Shown: positions 44,140 to 62,803, counted from the first letter of the stretch. The stretch is 64,000 nt of DNA from Eledone cirrhosa (GCA_964016885.1 OZ024742.1:88536001-88600000); one strand, 5' to 3'. Numbers and translations: made by a program. Notes: a model not told the origin generated them from the letters alone.

Positions 44140-46543
44140 TATACTTCTCTTAGGTGAGTGTTGTTTGTTTGGGTGTTGTTGTTGTTCCACTCATTCTTTC
44201 TGTTTAGCTTTGGTCTTCTAATTTCTATTACACTGGCCTATCTGAATTGCCTATCTGCTGGGTCATTCCTATGTTTAGATATTATTCTAATGTCTATGTT
44301 GTCTATGTTACCGTCATGTTGTTGTCTAGCATGTTCGTATAGTACTGACCCGTTTTTTCGTCCTTTTAGTCCCCACCCCCCAGTGTTGGTCTATCCTTTC
44401 ACCTATGCTACGAGCTGTCTCACCTATGTATGTTGTTGTCATGTTTCTGCAAGTACCCTCTGTACATCTTATGCTATATACTACGTTTCTAGTTTTACAG
44501 TTTATCCGGGGGTTCACCTTACATATGATACATTTCCTATTGGTACATTGGGTTTTCTTAAAAGGGTAGGTTTTGCTGATCAGGGATTTTATGGTGGTTC
44601 CTGGCTTTTCTACCAGCTTTATTTTTAAGTGGGTCTTTCTCAGGGCCTTTCTACACTGGTTAGCTAATTTCCCTCCAGGGGTGGCGTCCACAAACATGAC
44701 ACTCTGATATCTCTGGTTGTCGTACCATGATGTGGCCTTCCCTATCTTATGTCTAGCCCTATCTAAGCTATTCCATGATTTGCTCCTGTATAGTGGGCAA
44801 ATTCCTTACATGTCCAGTTCTATGAGGGTCTTATACTTTTCCATGGCTCCTTCGTATACTCTGACTCTGTCTCTTTGGTTGTAGCCAGAGAACTGCATGC
44901 GGTTGATGAAGTGTTGGATGTGTCTTTCCATTTCTGTTGGGTCGGACATGCTGGACACATTCTTCATCACTCGTACCAAATCTGCGATCAGAATATTAAA
45001 CTTAGCACTACTGGACATTGCTGAGTTTTTGAGTATCAGTTATTTGGAGGCCATGGGTTTAGCATAGTGTGAGTGGAAAATTTGGGCTCTCTCGTCTATA
45101 GTTTTAATCCAGAGTTCTGTGTCTAATACAGGTAGTCTATTGTTAGGGTGTTTGGAAGGGAAGTCGATAGTTACAGTTATACTCTGGTGTATGGAATTAG
45201 CTATCTGCTGGATGCTTTCCATCGTGCTACGTTCTAAATCAAACTTGTTAGTGCTCTCTAGTGGGGGTGTTCTTATAACTATATTGACATCGTCTACATA
45301 ACGAGAGTACATGATGAGGTCTATGGAGCTTTCATTAAGGAGATCTTTAAGTCGTCTCCTTTCCCACCATACCATGAAAAGGTTGGCAACATCAGCAGCT
45401 ATGCTGACGCCGATGGCCGCTTCCACATTTTGGGTGTAGATTTTCTCATTGAACTTAAATATGTGGCCCTTTAGGGTAGTTTTGATACTAGCCCCTATTG
45501 CATGTGGGACCATTTTTCTTACCTGATCAGTTTTGGCGGGTCCGTATAGCTTTGGTCCACCCAATCCACCTTCCTATGGGAGTCTTTTTAGCCATTGAGG
45601 TTATGGTGGGGGGTCTACCTCTTATAGGTCTACTAGGGCAGAAACATCTAAGGTCATGGCTGTCTAGGTAGTCAGTGTCGTAGGTAAGTCTAAGTAGGAG
45701 GCCCAGTTTGTCTGTGTCGACGTCGCAGAACTCCACCTCACTCCCAATGGTTATCTCCACACATCTTTTCACAGCAAAATCAATGTTAATGGATGGGTAC
45801 AGTGACACCACATCCATGCTGCCTATTATGCTTTTGGATAGGCTCCTGTTTTTGGTGCAATCACTGATTCTGCTGAGGAGGTCCTCTGTACTTTCACATA
45901 CATCTGGGGACATCTTGATTATGGGGCGTATAACCATTGAGAGGAAGTAGGAGATCCTGTAGTTGCTAGCTATATTAGCTCCGCATACGGGTCTTGTTGG
46001 TGGTCCTGTTGTCGAGTCGTTGACTGTCTTGTGGTCTTTGCGGAGCCCATACAAGGGTGGTATGCCATTGTTAGACGCCTGGAAGTTGTTGGCAGTGCGT
46101 CTGCTTGGCTTTAGGATGTCAGTCCACATCATCATGTGAGCGTTGAGGATTTTTTCCCTCCCATCGTGTGTTTGTTGTGCAACTTCGCTCGTGTTGGTGA
46201 TGTGGGGTTGCATAGCCTCGATGTAGTTCGGCATGCTATCTTTTGACATCCTACCAGACTTATCTGTTGGGTAGACACACTACCTCACCATCCCTTGTGC
46301 GCTGCTTGAGGCTAACCAAGCCTTCTACAGGTTTTCTCCCAAGTTGTTGGGCCTCTGGTCTGCTCTGTCTCTTAGTATACCTGTCTACTACTTGTCTAAT
46401 CTTATTTCTAGCTAGGGTGAACAGTGCCTCCCTCTCGTCATCTATTTGATGTGGTATGCAAACTCTTTTATTAAAGGGTAACCTCGTAGGATAGATATTA
46501 CCCATCTTATATATTTTGTCAGCTGGGTTGAAAAATATTTTCT
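44140..46543 (-). pseudogene. frameshifted PLE polyprotein (RT plus GIY-YIG)
   Basis: LYGLRKDHK, RPVCGA, SMDVVSLYPSI, AIGVSIA, YSRYVDD, HYAKPM, NVVYSIRC...YIGETARS. Confidence 0.92.
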
Positions 46544-46553
46544 CGAAGGAGCC

Positions 46554-47258
46554 ATGGAAAAGTATAAGACCCTCATAGAACTGGACATGATAGGAATTTG
46601 CCCACTATACAGGAGCAAATCATGGAATAGCTTAGATAGGGCTAGACATAAGATAGGGAAGGCCACATCATGGTACGACAACCAGAGATACCGGAGTGTC
46701 ATGTTTGTGGACGCCACCCCTGGAGGGAAATTAGCTAACCAGTGTAGAAAGGCCCTGAGAAAGACCCACTTAAAAATAAAGCTGGTAGAAAAGCCAGGAA
46801 CCACCATAAAATCCCTGATCAGCAAAACCTACCCTTTTAAGAAAACCCACTGTACCAATAGGAAATGTATCATATGTAAGGTGAACCCCCGGATTAACTG
46901 TAAAACTAGAAACGTAGTCTATAGCATAAGATGTACAGAGGGTACTTGCAGAAACATGACAACAACATACATAGGTGAGACAGCTCGTAGCATAGGTGAA
47001 AGGATGGACCAACACTGGGGGTGGGGACTAAAAGGACGAAAAAACGGGTCAGTACTATACGAACATGCTAGACAACAACATGACGGTAACATAGACAACA
47101 TAGTAATTAGAATAATATCTAAACATAGAAATGACCCAGCAGATAGTCAAATCAGAGAGGCCAGTCAAATAGAAATTAGAAGACCAAAGCTAAACAGAAA
47201 GAATGAATGGAATAGCAACAACACCCAAACAAACAACACTGACCTAAGAGAAGTATAA
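46554..47258 (+). pseudogene. inverted duplicate of the PLE 2 linker and GIY-YIG domain (open for 234 aa)
   Basis: CTNRKCIIC, NVVYSIRC, YIGETARS, HARQQH, KLNRKNEW. Confidence 0.9.
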
Positions 47259-47732
47259 ATAAGTAAATAAAATAAGATAAATAAATAAATAAATATACAA
47301 GCACATAAACACACACTAGTCACCCATCACACAGCAAACATAACACTATACACACACGCAAACGCATGCGCAAAGAAGACAACATAAAATAAACAAACAA
47401 GCAAATAAATAAATAAATATATAGACAGACTGAATAAAAATGGCGAAGACATACAATACAACAGGAGGAAAATATAACACCACTGACGATGTTGCAGATG
47501 TGCAACGAAAGATTTATGATAAACTATATATATGTGTTTGTGTCTATATTGTATCTGTATTATTTTTGACCGTCGGTCAGTCAATGGCAACATTGAGGAC
47601 CGAGTAAGTTAGATTACCGATATAAAAGACAGCGAGAAGCGAAAACCAACCAAACAGTGAGTGTGTTCTGTTATTAATTCTGGCAATATTACACAAATAT
47701 GACCCTCCCCAAGTATAACATTATATATATAT

Positions 47733-49010
47733 ATATATTGGTAAAAGGAAAAGAAAATGTTGACAAATTATTGCCAGTGAAAAATAGTTTAATTAGGAAT
47801 AAGTAAAAATTAGTAATAGTATTGGTTAGTATTCAGTCTTGTTTTTTAGTTTTACCGGTTGCGTATTTCTAATGCTTTTCAAAAATGATTTTGAGATATG
47901 GCGTCTGTGATGTTTGCTCTAATTTGATTAGTTTTGGAAATTCTACCTGTTTTATGTAAAAAAAAAGTGGCTCGAGATGTATGAAAAAGTTCTTGTGGTC
48001 AAAACAATTTTCATTGGTCGGTAGAGGTCATGTGAATGTTAAAAGTTGATGTTGCGCCAAATGTAGGTTTGTCTCAGCTGCTTGAGAAGTCAATGAAAAA
48101 TAAGTCTTTCAAAACAAATATGTGTGCTTGTGTGTGTAGTAGTATTAAAGGGGTTCGTTGTTGTGATAATGGTCAGCAGGGATGTGTCACTCACACACAT
48201 CTTGGTCTTATGCCAATACTATATCTCATTTCACACTTTTTATTATTAAGGTTTTTGATGTTCTATTGAAAGAATCGTTTTTACTGAACATATCGAATAA
48301 TGTACACCATTTTTACCAGTATCACAAAAATACTGGTCCACCCACACACATACACACTTCTCCGTATAAGACAAGAGCTGAAAAATGTCTTTTAACATGT
48401 AAAAATATCCCCCACACTCGTACAGACACAATCCTACTGGCCTATCCCTCTACCACGAATTACTCTACTTCACACACACACACACACTTGTCTTAATAGG
48501 CATTTGAACTGCCAGCAGGTCGCACACACATCCCTGCTGACCATTATCACAACAACGAACCTCTTTACTACTACTACTACACACACACACACATATTTGT
48601 TTTGAAAGACTTATTTTTCAGTGACTTCTCAAGCAGCCGAGACAAACCTACATTTGGCGCAAAATCAATTTTTACATTCACATGACCTCTACCGACCAAT
48701 CCAAATTGTTTTGACCACAAGAATGTTTTCATATATCTGGAGCCACTTTTTTTTACATAAAACAGGTAGAATTTCCAAAACTAATCAAATTATAGCAAAC
48801 ATCACGGGCGCTCTATCTCAAAATTATTTTTGAAAAGCATTAGAAATGCGCAACCGGTAAAACTTAAAACCAAAACTGAATACTAACCAATACTATTACT
48901 AATTCTTGCTTATTCCTAATTAAACTATTTTTCACTGGGACAATTTGTCAGCATTTTCTTTTCCTTTTACCAATATATCATAACTCGTGTGTTACACCTC
49001 TATTCTTTTA
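47733..49010. mobile_element. non-coding head-to-head derivative of the Neptune-like family (3' UTR only)
   Basis: arms 47733-48187 / 48526-48978; spacer and right arm homologous to 54880-55855; right tail of about 32 nt. Confidence 0.88.
48827..48862 (+). ncRNA. atypical hammerhead-like motif (U3-A8 and GCAA); also at 47850-47885 (-) and 55657-55693 (+)
   Basis: ttt-TTGAAAA-gcat tagaa atgc-GCAA-ccgg-TA-aaa. Confidence 0.55.
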
Positions 49011-49011
49011 A

Positions 49012-49127
<116 letters not shown>

Positions 49128-49128
49128 T

Positions 49129-49234
<106 letters not shown>

Positions 49235-49326
49235 ACGAAGGAAATGTGGTAAGGAACCAGGTGGACCATAACGCACCAAAGTACTCAATACTTGAGGTAG
49301 TAGAGTGGGTAATAGAAACCAGTAAG

Positions 49327-49419
49327 ACCCGACAGCTGAGCTCAAGCCGTTTCGACGGCTAATTCTGGACTAAATGAAAATTTATCCTGGTATTTAAATA
49401 GCCGATCTCCTCAAGGGGT
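49327..49419 (-). ncRNA. hammerhead mirror copy with U3.G8 core (TTGAGGA)
   Basis: reverse complement of 51916-52009 with A8>G and one fewer G in stem I. Confidence 0.7.
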
Positions 49420-50524
49420 AATTCCATATATGGTCAAAGTGATTGTCAAAAATCAGTAGTAATTCTGTGGTTGCAAATTAGTAGGGGAGATGGTGGCTAA
49501 ACCTGCCAGTAGGAGAAAGAGGGGAGGGGGTGGAGTAGACCCAATCAAGCGTTGGTAGTGCCAGCTACAGCTGGGCATGAGGTCAAAGAAGATACAGGGG
49601 AGGGGGAGGGGGAGGAAGTCGGAATGGTAGGTAGAACAATGGGGGGTAGAAATAGGAAAGAAAAAATACTGAGAGTGAAGAAAAGCAAATAAGTGTAAAG
49701 AAAAAAGTAAAGTAAATTAAATTCAACGACCTAGGTGTCAGGCTATTGTTAGGCGAGAATAAAATAAAGAAAGAAAGAAAGAAGTAAATAAATAAATAAA
49801 TAAATAAATAAGGAAATAAGTAAGAGAACTAGGTGGGACGGGTAAGGCAAGGACCCTTTTAAGAGATATAAGTACGTAAATGATACGGTGACGGGTCAAC
49901 AAAAGGGGCCAAAATACTAAAGAGACTACCACGAAATAAACAATAAAGGTTTCCATCCCGGGCCAGCAACGACCCAGTGCAGCAAAGTGAACTTGTACGA
50001 GATAATAATTCTGAGTCCCGAGAAAAATATATACTAATGCTAACTCTAAAAGATCTAAAACAAGCTACATGAAAGTTCGTACGAAATAAAGGTAGAATAC
50101 GGAGAAATAAATTCAGAATCCACCCCGCCCAGAAGAAAAGCGAAACAAGAAATACTGAAACGAAAAAATAAGGCATAAGTGCCACTAAGAAATATAGAGG
50201 GCACAGAGAATAGTGGGAGCGGTCGGAAAAAGGGGGAAAGTATCCGGGGTCTTAGCCAACTGCTATAAAGGGCGGAGTCCGCCAAATCTATCAAAGACTA
50301 GGGGAGGGGGGGGGTGTACTAAGGCTACATGGGGCCAAAGGGCAGCCTCGGGTGGGCGAGAAAAGACGCCGACAAAGGAGAAGAGCTGGGGTAGAAGGAC
50401 AAAGGAGAGAGGGGGGAAGGAAATAAAGGAAGCGATAAAAGAATACAAAGAAGATCTTACGTCTTCCTTGGCAAGCAGGGGTTACCCATTGCAAAATCGG
50501 CAACTGGGGTGTTATAGCCCTAGT

Positions 50525-51248
50525 CTACCCCCCCGGGTCATTATGGGGTTTGAGGGCGAGGTAAGTCCTACGCAATCTATGTTTACATGCAGTAACCAGT
50601 TCATCTTTCTTGTTTAGGAGTTGGTCCGTCGAAAACAGCATTTGTAAAGTTTCCTCCGAGCATAAATTGCACGGACGGCGTCCTCCCGTGTAAAAATTGG
50701 CTCTGGACAGTAATCTCCAAGTGAGATCATAGGTGATGTTGTTGTCCTTGAGGTCCCATATGTGGCCCGAAAGTGTAGTGGCGTGACGCCGGGCCGGGTT
50801 TCGGAAGGTATGTCTATGTTGGTATAGCCGGGTCTTGAAGTCACATGCGGTAAGTCCTATATAGGCTTTGTTGGAGGTATCCGTCCTCACGTTGCACTGG
50901 TAGATCACATTACGGTCTCTGCATCTATTGTCGAGTGGGCAAATAGATCTATCCGGGCAGTTACACCTCCTGGTCGGTTCTCCACTGCTAATTAGGTTAT
51001 TTCTGCCATCGGGGTTGAGTTTTTTGTTGTTAGAGGAGACGATGTTTTGTGCGAAGTTTGGTGTAGTGCTGTAAGAGAGTTTGATGGTATTTTTGTTAAT
51101 TATGTTGTGGTAGCGGTGTTGTAATGGGAAGTGTTTTTCAATGAGCCTAAAGAATAGTTTCCCGATGGGAGTAGTCACCTCTGCGTTGTGGGGAGGATTG
51201 AACCATGTTACATTGCGTGAGCGGCGGTGTCTCCTGCTGGTCTCCTCC
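50525..51248 (-). pseudogene. PLE C-terminal linker plus GIY-YIG endonuclease fragment
   Basis: VTWFNPP upstream; KLSYS, CNC...CPL...C, VIYQC...YIGLT...FKTR, CNLCSEE, LLNKKDEL...CKHR. Confidence 0.9.
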
Positions 51249-51915
51249 TTTCGTACGAACTTTCATGTAGCTTGATTTAGATCTTTTAGAGTTAGGATTC
51301 GTATATATTTTTCTCGGGACTCAGAATTATTATCTCGTACAAGTTCACTTTGCTGCACTGGGTCGTTGCTGGCCCGGGATGGAAACCTTTATTGTTTATT
51401 TCGTGGTAGTCTCTTTAGTATTTTGGCCCCTTTTGTTGACCCGTCACCGTATCATTTACGTACTTATACCTCTTAAAAGGGTCCTTGCCTTATCCGTCCC
51501 ACCTAGTTCTCTTACTTATTTCCTTATTTATTTATTTATTTATTTATTTACTTCTTTCTTTCTTTCTTTATTTTATTCTCGCCTAACAATATCCTGACAC
51601 CTAGGTCGTTGAATTTAATTTACTTTACTTTTTTCTTTACACTTATTTGCCTTTCTTCACTCTCAGTATTTTTTCTTTCCTATTTCTACCCCCCATTGTT
51701 CTACCTACCGTTCCGACTTCCTCCCCCTCCCCCTCCCCTGTATCTTCTTTGACCTCATGCCCAGCTGTAGCTGGCACTACCAACGCTTGATTGGGTCTAC
51801 TCCACCCCCTCCCCTCTTTCTCCTACTGGCAGGTTTAGCCACCATCTCCCCTACTAATTTGCAACCACAGAATTACTACTGATTTTTGACAATCACTTTG
51901 ACCATATTTGGAATT

Positions 51916-52009
51916 ACCCCTTGAGAAGATCGGCTATTTAAATACCAGGATAAATTTTCATTTAGTCCAGAATTAGCCGTCGAAACGGCTTGAGCTCAGC
52001 TGTCGGGGT
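51916..52009 (+). ncRNA. type I hammerhead, U3-A8 variant, full stem III, GUC site
   Basis: acccc-TTGAGAA-gatcggcta...tagccgtc-GAAA-cggct tgagctc agctg-TC-ggggt. Confidence 0.85.
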
Positions 52010-52020
52010 CTTACTGGTTC

Positions 52021-55885
<3,865 letters not shown>

Positions 55886-55954
55886 TATGAAGAGAGAAGA
55901 AACATTTAGATATAATTAGTAATAAAATGTATCATACCTAAACTGTTCCTAAAT

Positions 55955-56044
55955 TCGTCGACTACGTAGTTTCGTGGCATAAACAAAAACAATATATCAT
56001 AAAGATATAGAGTCCCTGCGAGGTCTGCCGACTTATCAAGAGGA
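55955..56044 (-). ncRNA. type I hammerhead, U3-A8 variant (one stem I mismatch)
   Basis: copy of 56550-56639 located 595 bp away. Confidence 0.8.
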
Positions 56045-56549
56045 TACCTCATTTTACTAGTCGCAAGAACGCGTCTACACGACGTGAGAAAGAATCCCAA
56101 AAGGCGGAGGGGGAGATAGTCACGCGATATAACGGTCGAGAAACAGAGCTAAGCCCCTTATAACCTCGAAGAAAATACCACGTAGGCGGAGGGGGTATTT
56201 ATATCGAGGCCGCAGAAGAGGTGGTGAAGAAGGCGAGAAGTATGAGTAATGGAAGCTTTCCAGCTGTCCCCACACTTCAAAGATTGCTCGACCAGAGGGA
56301 GTTATTAACAATATATTTAGAAAGACACAGATACATGCGGACACACACATATATACATGAATGCATCCGCACCCAACTGTGAGTTAAGGGTGCCAACTTC
56401 ACCGATGTTGCTCAATGAATGACTGGGACAGACCAATTCAGTTGAACTAGACTGAACCAGTATCAGAGTTAAAAATACATTATGAAGAGAGAAGAAACAT
56501 TTAGATATAATTAGTAATAAAATGTATCATACCTAAACTGTTCCTAAAT

Positions 56550-56639
56550 TCCTCGACTACGTAGTTTCGTGGCATAAACAAAAACAATATATCATAAAGA
56601 TATAGAGTCCCTGCGAGGTCTGCCGACTTATCAAGAGGA
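56550..56639 (-). ncRNA. type I hammerhead, U3-A8 variant
   Basis: reverse complement of 56862-56951. Confidence 0.87.
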
Positions 56640-56861
56640 TACCTCATTTTACTAGTCTCAAGAACGCGTCTACACGACGTGAGAAAGAATCCCAAAAGGC
56701 GGAGGGGGAGATAGTCACGCGATATAACGGTCGAGAAACAGAGCTAAGCCCCTTTAGCTCTGTTTCTCGACCGTTATATCGCGTGACTATCTCCCCCTCC
56801 GCCTTTTGGGATTCTTTCTCACGTCGTGTAGACGCGTTCTTGAGACTAGTAAAATGAGGTA

Positions 56862-56951
56862 TCCTCTTGATAAGTCGGCAGACCTCGCAGGGACTCTATA
56901 TCTTTATGATATATTGTTTTTGTTTATGCCACGAAACTACGTAGTCGAGGA
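56862..56951 (+). ncRNA. type I hammerhead, U3-A8 variant, palindromic stem III, GUC site
   Basis: tcctc-TTGATAA-gtcggca...tgccac-GAAA-ctacgtag-TC-gagga. Confidence 0.87.
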
Positions 56952-57193
56952 ATTTAGGAACAGTTTAGGTATGATACATTTTATTACTAATTATATCTAA
57001 ATGTTTCTTCTCTCTTCATAATGTATTTTTAACTCTGATACTGGTTCAGTCTAGTTCAACTGAATTGGTCTGTCCCAGTCATTCATTGAGCAACATCGGT
57101 GAAGTTGGCACCCTTAACTCACAGTTGGGTGCGGATGCATTCATGTATATATGTGTGTGTCCGCATGTATCTGTGTGTTTCTAAATATATTGT

Positions 57194-57363
<170 letters not shown>

Positions 57364-57974
57364 CGTCAAGAAATGTTGAACAATGTTAGAATTTGAAAGT
57401 ATGTTATATATCTTATTTTATTTATGACAAGCTAACCGTTTATTAATGTAGAAGAGCGTTTTCTGTCCGCATCAGAAATGTCTGATGTTTTAGTCGGCGA
57501 ATGTTATTTACATAGCTGCATGTGTGTGTGAGAGAGAGAGAAAGAGCGAAGGAGAGGGAGAGTGTGTGTGTGCGTGTATGTGTGTGTGTCTGTGCGTGTG
57601 TGTTTATACATAGGATTTGTTCGTGTCTCATCCCCTTGATTATGTTTTATGTTTATTGAAACTTTCGCTAATGACATATATTTTATAATGGAATGAAATG
57701 TGATCTCTGCAATTAAAATTGGCAATTGTCATCAGCAAAATTATAATATTAAATAAAAGCAGATACATTTAATTATTTCTAGGATTCTTATGTATATAAT
57801 TATTTTATTTCGATTATGCATGTTTCGAAATATTTTGAAACACGCATTTTGATGAGTATTCAAAAAGTATTTCACTTCATATAATCACAAAGTTACCCTT
57901 AATAATAAGGTTGCCATATTTATAAATATCATGAGAGGTAATCTAATATGCTTTTCATAATTCATACTTTAATC

Positions 57975-58160
57975 ATTGTTTCTAGTTTGGGCACAAAGCC
58001 AGCAATTACCCAGTGTATTACTGGTACTTTATTTTATCGACCCCGTAAGGATGAAAGGCAAAGTTAACCTTGGCGGGATTTGAACACTGAATGGCAAGGG
58101 CCGTAACTCTATGCGTCAAAGCAAGGCGTCCGATCCTCTACCGATACTGCCAATCCACCG
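57975..58160 (-). mobile_element. tRNA-derived SINE, family 1
   Basis: diverged full-length match. Confidence 0.88.
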
Positions 58161-59201
58161 AATGATATGTCATTCATACGACAAAATGTGATAAGCTACA
58201 GAATATCCATGGTTTATGTTAATTACAAACTACACCAATTTAATCAAATTTGAAGAATAATAAATTAAATCAGTCTGGAATAGATCGAATCAGTATCCGT
58301 GTCTTTTCTGAAATGGTTTGAACTTCTTAATATACTTATTTGTTCACATCATTATTTACTGCAATTGGATTTTGAAATTTAGAAAAAAATTAAGGCAGCA
58401 AGTTTCCAAATCATGTAATAGGTTGGATATATTAGACGTTAAGGCCTTTAGTCGGCTGATAGCGCATTAGTTTCGTTTGAATTTTGTGGTTGATTTTTCT
58501 CCACACTGTTTTGTTTAGTCAACCAAAGACATCGCTAGATATGTTTTGTCGATTTAAGTATCGATGAAAGGATCCAATGTACCCACAGCCTATATTCACA
58601 CACTACTAGACCGAGAAGGCAAACACAAACACACTACTAATCAAAACAAACACGATACACATACACACACATACACACACACACACACGCGCGCGCGCGG
58701 CACATATGCAGGGAGAGAAATACACAAATGCAATATGAACATGACACATCAATATCTGATGGCCACACACCAAAAATAAGTACTAAATGACTAAGCCAAA
58801 ACAATAGGCAATCATTCACCTCAATTGAAAGAAAAGACCTTGATCTCGCCTTCATATCAAGAACCTGAATCGCACACCACTGCCGCAGTTACCATCATAT
58901 TCGTTTCCGTTGCCCTCGCTGGTGCCGCTTTCATGTTTGTCTCACTCGTTGTTTACATCTTCCATTTCGTCGCCATTATCACTAGCTTTACACTTTCACT
59001 TTATTTTCCCACCTCATCCCCTAACCCCTCCGTCACTCATTTCTAAACTTATTGTACATGTCATTCACATTAGGACCCAGAAGCGATAAGTAAGATTGTT
59101 TCTAAAGAGTTTAAACTAAATAGAAATAACCAACTGGTCCATAGGCCTTCGAAACGGCAAAAGCTCAGCTTTCAAGCCGTAATTCTTCATGCAGATATAA
59201 C

Positions 59202-59241
<40 letters not shown>

Positions 59242-59300
59242 TATATAAGTATGTGTATGTGTGTGTATGTGTGTGTCTGTGTGTGTTTGTGTGTGTGTGT

Positions 59301-59650
59301 GTCTGTTGTGATGCTGGTGTTTCTTTATCACAATTGTATCTACGAATGGTAGTAACGTGGTACTTGTCTTCGTTATAAATGTTAGTGTTTGATGTCCGTT
59401 GTTCGGGGGTTTGTTGAATCTCTTGCTTCTGTCCGTATCATGAAACAGTCATTGAACTAGTCTCCCATTTGCCTTTTATATATATCATGGAAAATGGATA
59501 TTATAAATTTCTTCTACGTTTTCGTATAGATTTTTTCTAAATATCCTATTACAAAGTTTTATTATGTTTGAAAAACCTTAGTTCCCATGGTAGTACCTGT
59601 GAACCGTATGTATTTTTTTTTATTGTTTATTGAAAAGCAATGAATTATTC
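59301..59650 (-). pseudogene. highly decayed Neptune-like PLE RT fragment
   Basis: NNSLLFN...GTTMGTK...DCFMI...LPFVD, colinear with ORF 53397-54206. Confidence 0.6.
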
Positions 59651-59939
59651 CTGACAATAATAATAACAATATACAATGCGTATATAGTGGGAAATCTAGT
59701 GGAAATAAACTCTCCAAATATTCAAACTAATAATTCGCCGCTGCATTTAGTAAATATCATGGTGCACAACGTGTTGCAACGCTGAATATGAATATTTCCT
59801 ACTTAATCTATTTGAGAAATACGACGGGCTTATATTGACGTTGGAAATAGTAGCCAAAACCATCTAAATCAGCTCATGTTGGAGGAGTGAAACTTAATAT
59901 ATAAATATTTTCTACTTTGTTTTGTTTTGTTTTTACGAC

Positions 59940-62100
59940 CATTTAACAACAGAACGCAGGCAAGTTTGAACAGCATGCGCTGTCTCGGAGTTGGGATCCA
60001 GATTCAGAATAAGAAACATCACAAATGATTCCAAGCTACAGAATGTCATCAAATGATTGGAAGTTTCTCATATTGATGTGCTTCATGACGTCTATAATGC
60101 CGTTGATGTAAATGAAGAAGAGAATCGGGCCAAACTTATTTTCTTTTGTTCTCTGTTCGATCACAAAATTTAATTTCCATTCTCCACACTTGATCCAATA
60201 TAATAGCTTTCCGCGGATTTCAACTCTGGCTAGTGTCTTGAGTAGGCTATTGTGATCAAACCTATCAAAGGCCTTGTTGAAATTAAGTTATATAAAATCA
60301 ATGTTGGAGCCCTCACACAAATACTTTAGGCTATCATCAATGCGATGCAGAAGATGTGTTAACAGTATCTTACATCTCGGAACTTAGGCTAGCTCGAGTT
60401 CAGCAGAATTTTGCTTTCGGGGAATGAGTTATTCATAATCTCAATACACTTTCTAATTCATTGATGTTATCTGAGGTGTGTGAAATCGGACGGGAATTCA
60501 GTGCAAGGAATTGTGTTTCCCTTTTTCAAACCTATTCAACAAACTGGTATATAACATGTTCAGGAATATCGCCTTCCTCTAGTGAGTTCCTCCATAGATT
60601 GGCTTGAGAGTATGCAAGCTAATGTTAACATACTTTCAGGATACTACAAGGGAACACGCTAAGGCCAGCTGCTGAGAAATACTGAACATTGTTTATATTT
60701 TGGCTAAGTTATAGGTGTGACAAACGTTATAGAAGATATGGAATTTGGAGGTTTAACATCACTGATACTGTTCAAATCAGCCATATCAGAGTTGCTAAAT
60801 GAAAACTATCACCTATGATTCTCTTATCAACATGGAAAGTGTTATTTTCGTCAATCTGAGGGCCAATAGTGGAGTCAGTGACATTTGTGATGTTATATGA
60901 AAAGAACAATTCTAGATTAATTTTATGAATAGCTCAGTTAACCTCAACCATTCATTGGTTATTGATGATAGCCATCTTGCGATTTTGACGGTTATGTTTT
61001 GCATTTTATTTGAGCAAGGCAATAGGAGTCTAAGCCGGACTGGAAGTATTTTAGATGGTTGATTTTATCGTTAACTTTTCTTAATTTTCTAATGATAATT
61101 TTAATTTTCTATTTCTAAATGTATACACGTGTATATACATTTGTAACAGCATCTACACATATCTGCGAAGATATTTTGATGTTGTTGGAGGTGAGTGCGT
61201 ATGTATGTGTAAATATGTCTGTATGTGCCTGTATCTGTCTGCGTGTGTATGTGTGTGTGTATGTGTGTGTGTGTATGCGTGTGTGTATGTGTGTGTGTTT
61301 GTGTGCGTGTGTGTGTATGTGTGTAAATGGCCAGAAAAACTCTGAATCTTCCTGTGTGATTGGATCCCAGTTTGCATTATGAAGATCCAAGTTACGTAAT
61401 GTATTGGGTGATGAAAGATCATTGGCTTTACACATTTGCTGGCGGTATTACAGGTTATTGTGAAACATGTTATCAGCTGAGAGGAGAGGTTTTCTACTGT
61501 AATATTGTGGGCATTGTGACTGTGGTTACTAATTACTAGATCCAAAATGTTTATTGTGTGCAAGCACAAGCTGGAATATAAGAAACTCGTATCCATAATG
61601 TCAAAAATTGACTATACTGCTGCGTTATCAGGGTGTAGTTGGACATACCTGCTTTTGAACTGTTTCTAGACTAAACAACACTGTAAGTTACCAGGAAGAG
61701 ACAGATGAATAAAATACTTAATTCTGTTGAGCCATTCCTTGAAGCATAGAAGAAGCCATTGAATTGGTCTATATGCTTGCAAATGATACGCTAATAATTA
61801 TTTATTTTTGACTTTTGCGAAAGATTTATATTATATGAGAGCATCATTTTCGAAATATATTACCCCTGTACTCTCATTAACATCAGAACATGTAATATGT
61901 TATTACACTGCGACTGCAAACTCAGTCGTATTCTCAGTGTGCTTTATGCCTAACATATGTATAAAGAATTATAGTAGAATTTATCACAGAAAATTATTGT
62001 GATTTTAGACATGCTGTGTTTTCTCTGTTGAACTTTAAATGATTTTTCACTATACCTCTAATTTTTGCTGAGAAATGTCGGTCCAAGTCCTTACCCTATT
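59940..62100 (-). mobile_element. decayed CR1-type LINE (APE plus RT), interrupted by a (TG)n tract at about 61120-61325
   Basis: NILDLVISN (about 61530-61556), LWRNSLEEGDIP, SRPISHTS, NFNKAFDRFDH (about 60251-60290); boundaries approximate. Confidence 0.7.
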
Positions 62101-62803
62101 AACTTTTATATTTCAGTAAATAGTTTTCCGACTGCTGGGAATTGAAAAATTTACATTTCTACGCTCTCAGATCTTGAAAATATAATTTTGGAATTATAGA
62201 TCGTTGTCTGTATATTTCTAATCTATTAGCTTCTCTTCAGCTGCCACTTGTCAGTATTTATATTATGTTTCAGATAATTTGTCATTTATTCGAAATTATG
62301 GCTTCTGAAACAGCTTCAATTTTATACATAATGATAGTGTTTACATATCCGATATTTCTTTATAAGCTATTGATCTTGATTTCAACAGGTCAGTCTATAA
62401 TGTAATGTTAGATTTTGTCTACTTATGCCAATTCCTTCCATATATTTATGCATATATCCTATATTCAGTGTTTAGTAAACCATCATTATATGTTGAAAGT
62501 TCGTACCTTTCACTACTCTCATCATCATATTTGCAATTCTCTGACTATCTGAAAAGTTCATCTCTTCTCTCATTGATTCATTCTTCCTGTCTTGCTTGCT
62601 TTCTTAGCGGCTAAAATGCTATTTGGTTTATTCTCTCAAATATATACACGCATATACATGCATACATAGGCATACATACACGCACGTAGACGCATATATA
62701 TATATACACACACACATGTTTCTCCCTGGTACAATCGGGGGTAACGACAGTAAGTAAGGTTCTTAATACATAGCAGAGTATACATATTTAATATAGAAAT
62801 GAT

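Larger units (their letters stand above)
49235..52025 (-). mobile_element. Penelope-like element 3 (Nematis-like): 5'-truncated minus copy 49235-51248 plus inverted 3' UTR 51249-52025
   Basis: arms about 49311-50086 / 51249-52025; left tail of about 75 nt; long TA flanks. Confidence 0.9.

Noticed and set aside
55906-57000. Thrice-repeated 64-aa ORF (MGFFLTSCRR...)
   Set aside because: It has a non-ATG start, overlaps the hammerhead, and recurs only because the DNA is repeated
59095-59186. GAAACGGC...GCCGTA stem III-like hairpin
   Set aside because: No intact 5' core or stem I; at most a relic
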